The notes under the pieces were generated by a model that was given only the letters and a program-made list of their open reading frames with translations, was not told where the DNA came from and did no database searches. This document shows positions 57,463 to 64,000 of a stretch of 64,000 nucleotides of DNA, piece by piece. Source of the DNA: Bacteroidales bacterium (lineage in GTDB: Bacteria; Bacteroidota; Bacteroidia; Bacteroidales; UBA12077); the NCBI GenBank assembly GCA_028282585.1, contig JANQHR010000172.1:1-64000 (forward strand), read 5' to 3'. Each line of letters starts with the position of its first letter. The first letter of the stretch is position 1. Both the position numbers and the translations under genes were made by a program.

Positions 57463-60400
57463 TGTTGGGAAGATTGTTGAATCAAAAAGCATTATTGAAC
57501 ACTTTACTTGTAGGTGTATTAATTGGAGGAATATTTGCTTATTTTAATATTGGGAAACTGGAAGATGCAGAAATTCCGATCAAGTCTGCGGTAATTGTTA
57601 CATTGTATCCTGGTGCTAATGCACACGAAGTTGAGCTGGAGGTAACAGAGGTGTTAGAAAAAGCCGTTCAAAAGCTTGAAAATATTGATAATATTACTTC
57701 ACGTTCTTTACCAGGATATTCGGAGATTACGGTAAATATTGAAACAAGTGTTACAACATCTGAAATGCCTCAGTTATGGGATCATTTAAGGAGAAAAGTA
57801 GCAGCAGCAAAGTTAAGTTTACCGCAAGGAGTTAATGGTCCAATAGTAAACGATGATTTTGGCGATGTTTATGGAATTTTTGTTGCGGTTACAGGCGAAG
57901 GTTATGATTATGATGAGTTCTATGATTATGTTGATTTGTTAAGAAGAGAGTTTCTGGAAGTTGAAGGAATTAAGAGAATTGAATTGTTTGGTATACAAAC
58001 CGAAGCAGTTGATATTGAATTTTCATCTGAAAAATTAGCAAGCTTAAGTATAAATCCTATGATGATTGTTCAGGCAATGAATGATCAGGGAAGTGTTGTT
58101 GACCCGGGAAGTATTACCTCTGGTTCGGAAAGAATAAGGTTAAGCGTAGGAAATAAGTTTTCTACTATTGAAGAAATTAAAGATGTTTTAGTTCAGGTAC
58201 CTGGCGGAGGAAGTTTCAGGTTAGGGGATATTGCTGAAGTTAATCGTTCATTCTATGAGCCAAAAAGGGAAGCTTTAACTTTTAATGGTGAAAGAGCGAT
58301 TAGCATGGCAATGTCAACAGAAAGTGGAGTGAATGTTATAAGGGTTGGAGGATTAATTGATGAGAAAGTTAAAGAGCTTGATACTAAAGTACCTGTAGGT
58401 ATTGAAATGCACAATGTATATTCACAACCTGAAAGAGTTCAAAAATCAATTAATGGTTTTATCTCAAACCTTATCCAATCAGTTGTTATTGTTATAGTGA
58501 TCCTGCTAATTGCAATGGGTGTAAGATCAGGCTTTTTAATTGCCAGTGGATTGGTCTTTACTATTTTGGGAACTTTCATTGTAATGTTGGTCATTGGTCT
58601 TGATCTGCAAAGAGTATCTTTGTCTGCTATTATTGTTGCCATGGGGATGTTGGTTGATAACTCCATTGTAGTTGCCGATGGTATTTTAATAGACCTTAAA
58701 AGAGGAGTAGACCGAAAAAAAGCCTTTACGGCGTCTGCAAAGAAAACAGCGGTGCCTTTACTAGGTGCCACCATAATCGCAATTCTTGCTTTCTTTCCTT
58801 TATATATGTCGCCCGATGCATCTGGTGAATACATGAGCTCATTATTTACCGTATTAGCAATATCATTATTCTTAAGTTGGATTTTTGCAATGGTTCAAAC
58901 TCCGTTTATGGCTTCCAGATTTTATAGAAAAGAAGCAAATGGAACAAAAGCAGAAAAGAAAGATCCTTTTAATAATAAATTTTACCGAAAATTTAAAAAC
59001 CTGATACATTATTCATTATCGCATAAGTTCGTTTTTTCAATTGTAAGTATAATTATTCTGGTTATTTCTCTTTACAGCTTCAAGTTTGTAAAATTCGAAT
59101 TTATGCCATTACTCGATTATAATCAGTTTATAATTGAGTACAAACTACCAAAAGGGTCTGACTTAAGTGCTGTTGAAAAGGATATTACTGATATTAGCAA
59201 AGAGATACTAAATTGGGATGAAGTTGATCAGGTTGCCGCTGCTGCAGGCAGAACTCCTGCGCGTTATACTTTAATTCGTCCAATGGCAACATCGGATAAT
59301 TCATATGGTGAACTTATCGTAGATACTAAAGATTACGAAACAACTATTGTAGCTGGTGAGAAAATCCTCAGATATATTGAAGAAAACTATCCTCAGGCAG
59401 AAGCACGAAAAAGAATTTATGGCCCGATATTTACCGATTATGAAATTGAAATACAGTTCATGGGCCCGGATCCTGCCGTACTCAGAAAATTAGCAGATCA
59501 GGCAAAAACGATTATGTACAATGAACCAACAGCAACTTCAGTAACCGATAATTGGAAAAACCAGGTCAAAGTTCTAAATCCTGAATATTCTGTTGAACAG
59601 GCGCGAAGAGTCGGAATTTCCAGAAGCGATGTGGCTAATGCATTAGCCATTGGTACGGAAGGCTTAACCGTTGGTGTAATGATGGAAGGCAATTCTACTT
59701 TACCAATTAAATTAAGATTAGATGAACCATTGGGTAATAATGTAGAAAAATTAACCAGTATTCCGGTATGGGGTGCATATAGCCAAGCGAGCGTACCACT
59801 TGGGCAAGTAATTGAAGATGTTGAATTGGAATGGGAAAACAGCGAAATTTATCGGTATAATGGGCAAAGAGCTATAAAAGCGCAGTGTGAGCCAATCCAA
59901 GGTTATTTAACAATGGAAGTAGAGGAAAAACTTAGGCCCGTAATTAATGAAATTGAATTACCGGATGGTTATACTATGGAATGGAAAGGTAGTCGAGAAT
60001 CAAGCGCTGAATCTCAAGCTAACTTATTTAAATTTTTACCATTGGCGTTGGGATTAATGCTGGTTATTGTTATCGCATTATTTAATAATTTAAAACAATC
60101 ATTGGTAATTTTCATGATTTTCCCTTTCGCATTTATCGGTATTGTGGTAGGTTTTGTCTCAACTGGTGCTACTTTAAACTTCATAGGAATTATTGGAGCA
60201 CTCGGTTTAATCGGCATGATGATTAAAAACTCAATAGTTTTACTTGATGAGATTAATATTAATTTGAAACTGGGGAAAACACAACTCAAGTCAATTACAA
60301 TGGCTGCTATATCAAGATTAAAACCTGTTGTAATGGCATCAGCAACAACAATTTTAGGTATGGTTCCATTACTTTTTGATGTAATGTTTCAATCGATGGC

Positions 60401-60530
60401 AATTACAATCATATTTGGATTGTTATTCGGAACAATTATAACATTATTAGTTGTGCCGGTATTGTATGCAACTATTATCAAAGTTGATATATCTCCGATT
60501 TTAAAAACTAAAGAATTAAAAAGAAAATAA
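57462..60530 (+). CDS. RND efflux permease (AcrB/CzcA family)
   Basis: 1022 aa; GMLVDNSIVV, GMMIKNSIVL and RLKPV.M..TTILG motifs. Confidence 0.95.
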   Translation: MLGRLLNQKALLNTLLVGVLIGGIFAYFNIGKLEDAEIPIKSAVIVTLYPGANAHEVELEVTEVLEKAVQKLENIDNITSRSLPGYSEITVNIETSVTTSEMPQLWDHLRRKVAAAKLSLPQGVNGPIVNDDFGDVYGIFVAVTGEGYDYDEFYDYVDLLRREFLEVEGIKRIELFGIQTEAVDIEFSSEKLASLSINPMMIVQAMNDQGSVVDPGSITSGSERIRLSVGNKFSTIEEIKDVLVQVPGGGSFRLGDIAEVNRSFYEPKREALTFNGERAISMAMSTESGVNVIRVGGLIDEKVKELDTKVPVGIEMHNVYSQPERVQKSINGFISNLIQSVVIVIVILLIAMGVRSGFLIASGLVFTILGTFIVMLVIGLDLQRVSLSAIIVAMGMLVDNSIVVADGILIDLKRGVDRKKAFTASAKKTAVPLLGATIIAILAFFPLYMSPDASGEYMSSLFTVLAISLFLSWIFAMVQTPFMASRFYRKEANGTKAEKKDPFNNKFYRKFKNLIHYSLSHKFVFSIVSIIILVISLYSFKFVKFEFMPLLDYNQFIIEYKLPKGSDLSAVEKDITDISKEILNWDEVDQVAAAAGRTPARYTLIRPMATSDNSYGELIVDTKDYETTIVAGEKILRYIEENYPQAEARKRIYGPIFTDYEIEIQFMGPDPAVLRKLADQAKTIMYNEPTATSVTDNWKNQVKVLNPEYSVEQARRVGISRSDVANALAIGTEGLTVGVMMEGNSTLPIKLRLDEPLGNNVEKLTSIPVWGAYSQASVPLGQVIEDVELEWENSEIYRYNGQRAIKAQCEPIQGYLTMEVEEKLRPVINEIELPDGYTMEWKGSRESSAESQANLFKFLPLALGLMLVIVIALFNNLKQSLVIFMIFPFAFIGIVVGFVSTGATLNFIGIIGALGLIGMMIKNSIVLLDEININLKLGKTQLKSITMAAISRLKPVVMASATTILGMVPLLFDVMFQSMAITIIFGLLFGTIITLLVVPVLYATIIKVDISPILKTKELKRK

Positions 60531-60585
60531 GGGAAAGATAATTGTTCAGGCTGGTTTTTCCGGTCTGAACTTAAAGTATAGAATC

Positions 60586-61956
60586 ATGAAGAAATTACTT
60601 ACAATCATTTATATATTCGTTTTTAGCATTCAACTTTCGGCACAACAGGTTATGACATTGGAGGATTGCAGGAAACAGGCTGTTGAATATAATAAAGAGC
60701 TTAAAAGGGCTGAATATCAAAAACAAGAAGCTGTTGTGAATCAAAAAATCGCACGTACTGCATATTTGCCAAGTTTAAGCGCCAGTGCAAACGGAATGTT
60801 TCTGCCAGATGTTAATGATTTTTCTGTTCCAGGTGGATTTTTACCTACCGCAACAAGCGAAGAGGCTGCTTTAAACGGCGATTATTCCGGAATTAGTGAT
60901 GTTTGGAATCCTGGTTTAAACATGGAGATTGACAATCTTTCTATATTATATGGATCAGTTACTTTAGCACAACCGGTATATACAGGTGGAAAAATCAGAT
61001 ATGCAAATAAGCAAGCTGATGCCGGAGTAGAAATATATAAACACAATTATGATCTGAAATACTCTGAAATTATTGAACAAACGGATAGAATATATTGGAA
61101 CATGGCATCTATATCTGCAAGTGTTAAACTAGCTGAAAAGTATATAGAAATGCTTATTGAACTTGAAGATCAAATGACAGAAATGTATAATCTTGGTTTA
61201 ATGCCGGCAAGCGAAAAATTAAAGGTAACAGTCCAAAAAAACGAGGCTGAGTTAAATCTTATGAAAGCGAAAAATGCACTTCGTATATCTAGAATGTTCT
61301 TAAATCAGCTTTTGGGTCAGGATTTAAATACAGATATTCAGATAGCTGATTCATTAAGTTATGATATGCAGTTAATGGATATGACCAATGGTGTTGATAT
61401 GGCATTATCAAATCGTGATGAACTGGCAATTTTAGAAAAGCAATTAGAGATTACAAAATTGGATAGGAAAATTACACTAGCTGATTTTTTGCCTCAGGTT
61501 GGAGTTAGCGCAGGTTATACTTCTTATTACGTAAGTGATTTAGTTGAAGATCCAACATTTTCGCCATCAATTGCAGGTCAAATTACCATTCCTTTATTTC
61601 ATTGGGGTGAAGGAAAACATAAGCAGGATGCCGCTAAATTGAAAATTATGCAGGTCCAAACGGATTTGGATAACACAAATGAATTGATAAGTCTGGAGGT
61701 ACAACAGGTGAAGATACAAATTGAAGAAGCTTATGAGTCTATTCAATTAGCGAAAAAAAATATTAGGGAATCAGAAAAAAGTTTAGAAGAAACTCAAGCA
61801 AGCTTCGAGGTTGGGCTAAATACGACAACTGATTTATTAAATGCACAAGCGGAGTGGCAGGCTGCAAACTCACAATTGATTGAAGCTTTAGCCCAGTTTG
61901 AAGTTCTTCAGACAAGTTGGCAAAAAGTTACCGGAAGCTTAAAATCCATGGATTAA
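60586..61956 (+). CDS. TolC-family outer-membrane factor
   Basis: Signal peptide; TLEDC...A..YN; OEP repeats; third gene of the RND operon. Confidence 0.92.
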   Translation: MKKLLTIIYIFVFSIQLSAQQVMTLEDCRKQAVEYNKELKRAEYQKQEAVVNQKIARTAYLPSLSASANGMFLPDVNDFSVPGGFLPTATSEEAALNGDYSGISDVWNPGLNMEIDNLSILYGSVTLAQPVYTGGKIRYANKQADAGVEIYKHNYDLKYSEIIEQTDRIYWNMASISASVKLAEKYIEMLIELEDQMTEMYNLGLMPASEKLKVTVQKNEAELNLMKAKNALRISRMFLNQLLGQDLNTDIQIADSLSYDMQLMDMTNGVDMALSNRDELAILEKQLEITKLDRKITLADFLPQVGVSAGYTSYYVSDLVEDPTFSPSIAGQITIPLFHWGEGKHKQDAAKLKIMQVQTDLDNTNELISLEVQQVKIQIEEAYESIQLAKKNIRESEKSLEETQASFEVGLNTTTDLLNAQAEWQAANSQLIEALAQFEVLQTSWQKVTGSLKSMD

Positions 61957-61997
61957 GAATTTAATTTTATAACTTGGTACAAGATAAAGATACATTT

Positions 61998-63068
61998 ATG
62001 AAGGTAGATTTAAAAAAACATAAAGTTTTAGGGAATCAGTTTATTGCAAAAATACCAAGATATAGCCCTTATTCAGTTATTTTTCGTTTTGCCGTAGTTA
62101 GTATTATTGGAATTTTGGCAATGCAGTTCTTGGTTTTTTTAATGGAACCAATGACCGAGATGATACATGACAAGCCTAGAATCAAAGACTATATTATAAT
62201 TATCTTTACATTTAATCTTTTGGCGGAATCAAATATAATTATTGATTACATTCTTGAAAGGTTTTTCCCGATACCGGAAAAAATAAGATTAAGGTTAATA
62301 ATACAAACTATAGTTGGTATTTTATTAATTGTTGCTGTTTTTACGTTGGTTCAACTTCTTACTCCTGAATACAGGCACGTGGCACGTGAATCTTTTACTC
62401 CAGCTGTTGCAATGGGATTGGTTTTTGTAAATACAATTTCCACAGGATTAGTGTTACTTCGTTTTATGGATAAATGGGTTTATGCGCAGAAAAGAATGGA
62501 TGAGTTGAAACAGGAAAAATTAAAAATGGATTACACTATGTTACAGGACCAAATCAATCCTCATTTCTTGTTTAATAATTTAAGTGCATTAAAATCATTA
62601 ATAATGTTTGATAAGGATACAGCAATAAGTTTTACTCAGAACTTTACTGATGTATATCGTTATGTACTTAAAAGCAAAGATTCTATGCTTGTTACTTTAA
62701 AAGATGAGTTACAATTTATCGATAAATATGTCTCTCTTCATAAAGAAAGACTTGGTGATGGATTGGATGTTCAGTATATGATAGATAAGGAATATACAGA
62801 AAAGGATATTGCTCCATTAACATTACAATTACTGGTGGAGAATGCAATTAAACATAATGTTGTTAGCAAAGAAGATCCCTTATTGATTGAAATAGTAACT
62901 GAAAATAATTATGTAATCATCAAGAATAAAGTTAATCCAAAGGAATCATCGTATTCCACAAAAACAGGTTTAATTAATTTATTGAAAAGATATGAACTAT
63001 TAGATAATAAGAAAGTATTAGTTGAAAATGATGAAAATAATTTTGTTGTAAAAGTTCCATTGTTGTAA
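61998..63068 (+). CDS. LytS-type membrane histidine kinase (start uncertain)
   Basis: Four TM segments; QINPHFLFNNL; LQLLVENAIKHN. Confidence 0.9.
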   Translation: MKVDLKKHKVLGNQFIAKIPRYSPYSVIFRFAVVSIIGILAMQFLVFLMEPMTEMIHDKPRIKDYIIIIFTFNLLAESNIIIDYILERFFPIPEKIRLRLIIQTIVGILLIVAVFTLVQLLTPEYRHVARESFTPAVAMGLVFVNTISTGLVLLRFMDKWVYAQKRMDELKQEKLKMDYTMLQDQINPHFLFNNLSALKSLIMFDKDTAISFTQNFTDVYRYVLKSKDSMLVTLKDELQFIDKYVSLHKERLGDGLDVQYMIDKEYTEKDIAPLTLQLLVENAIKHNVVSKEDPLLIEIVTENNYVIIKNKVNPKESSYSTKTGLINLLKRYELLDNKKVLVENDENNFVVKVPLL

Positions 63069-63085
63069 ATATTAAATCAAGCATT

Positions 63086-63853
63086 ATGAAAGTGGTAATA
63101 ATTGAAGATGAGTTGCATAATAGCAGGATGTTGGCCGGGATGATTAAATCGTTGCGTCCGGATTGGGAGATTCTTGCAAGTTTAGAAAGTGTAAAGCAAT
63201 CTATTAAATGGTTTAGTAATAACGACCATCCTGATTTAATTTTTATGGATATTCAACTTACGGATGGAATCTGCTTTTCGATATTTGACAGTGTGAAAAT
63301 TGAAAGTATGATAATTTTTACAACAGCTTATGATGAATATGCAATCCAGGCATTTAAAGTTAATAGTATAGATTATCTTTTAAAACCGATAAAAGAGGAA
63401 AAATTAGAACTATCCATAACTAAATTTGAAAGATTATTTAATAACTCTTCAGAAGATAATAATCGAAAAAGCTATGATGCTATTTTAAAAGCAATAAAAA
63501 AAGGAGAAAAAACTTACCGGAAAAGATTTCTAATTTCCGGCTCTACATCCTTTTTTAAGATAGAAACTAAAGACATTGCGTATTTCTATACTGTAAATAG
63601 GATAACATTTGCGGTAATGTACGATAAAAAAGAACATATTGTTGATTTTACCATGGAAAAACTGGAAGAGGAACTAGACCCGGATATGTTCTTTAGGGCA
63701 AACCGGAGTCAGATTATAAATATTGATTCTATTAAAAAATTCGAATCTTATTTCGGAGGAAAATTGATTGTTCGTTTAGCCGATCCTTTTAATGAACCCG
63801 TTACCATTAGTCGTTTAAAAGCTTCAGAATTTAAAAATTGGCTTGATAGGTAG
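63086..63853 (+). CDS. LytTR-family response regulator
   Basis: REC (FMDIQL, TAYD, LLKP) plus FFRANRS LytTR. Confidence 0.93.
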   Translation: MKVVIIEDELHNSRMLAGMIKSLRPDWEILASLESVKQSIKWFSNNDHPDLIFMDIQLTDGICFSIFDSVKIESMIIFTTAYDEYAIQAFKVNSIDYLLKPIKEEKLELSITKFERLFNNSSEDNNRKSYDAILKAIKKGEKTYRKRFLISGSTSFFKIETKDIAYFYTVNRITFAVMYDKKEHIVDFTMEKLEEELDPDMFFRANRSQIINIDSIKKFESYFGGKLIVRLADPFNEPVTISRLKASEFKNWLDR

Positions 63854-63872
63854 CAAAATCCAAGCAAAAGTT

Positions 63873-64000
63873 ATGAAAAATACACCAAAATATAACCCAA
63901 GAAATAGCGCATTAAAAATTAAGCTTCCAATTCTGAACCCGCAAGAGGATTATGAATGTTGGTACTTTGAAAGTATTTTGGATAATGGTGATCAAATCAG
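63873..64000 (+). CDS. 5' end of a CDS truncated by the window edge; possibly AttH/CrtC-like
   Basis: MKNTPKY...YECWYFESILDNG resembles the EWWYFD..L.DG motif. Confidence 0.5.
   Translation, partial: MKNTPKYNPRNSALKIKLPILNPQEDYECWYFESILDNGDQI

Overview
An AT-rich Bacteroidota chromosomal segment, probably Bacteroidales/Marinilabiliales-like, judged from the TAnnTTTG promoters, a TonB receptor, a T9SS-type S8 protease and LytS/LytTR pairs. It carries about 55 CDS. Housekeeping genes include dnaK, panB, xseA/xseB, a CCA enzyme, trxA, dcp and a cold-shock protein. There are several signalling systems (an NtrC-type pair, two LytS/LytTR pairs, two TPR histidine kinases, a membrane LytTR), two efflux systems, and an accessory block of small stress/detox genes at about 41.7-53.4 kb. 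No rRNA, tRNA, CRISPR, integrase or transposase was seen. The most notable signals are non-coding. (1) A TPP riboswitch upstream of the TonB receptor has an intact pyrimidine sensor but two changes in the pyrophosphate pocket (A61-equivalent to G, C77-equivalent missing), so it may have altered specificity. (2) A sigma54 regulon can be read from the sequence: paired TGTnCG-N4-CGnACA sites sit 103-104 bp upstream of -24/-12 promoters at three loci, linking an orphan tolC 20 kb away and an unknown 98-aa gene to the efflux operon. (3) Three candidate small RNAs or 3'UTRs look like antisense copies of Bacteroidota translation-start regions, under ECF, sigma54 and LytTR control. (4) Decayed attC-like cassette boundaries and a MITE lie in the accessory block. 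All calls are from reading the sequence; no database searches were run.
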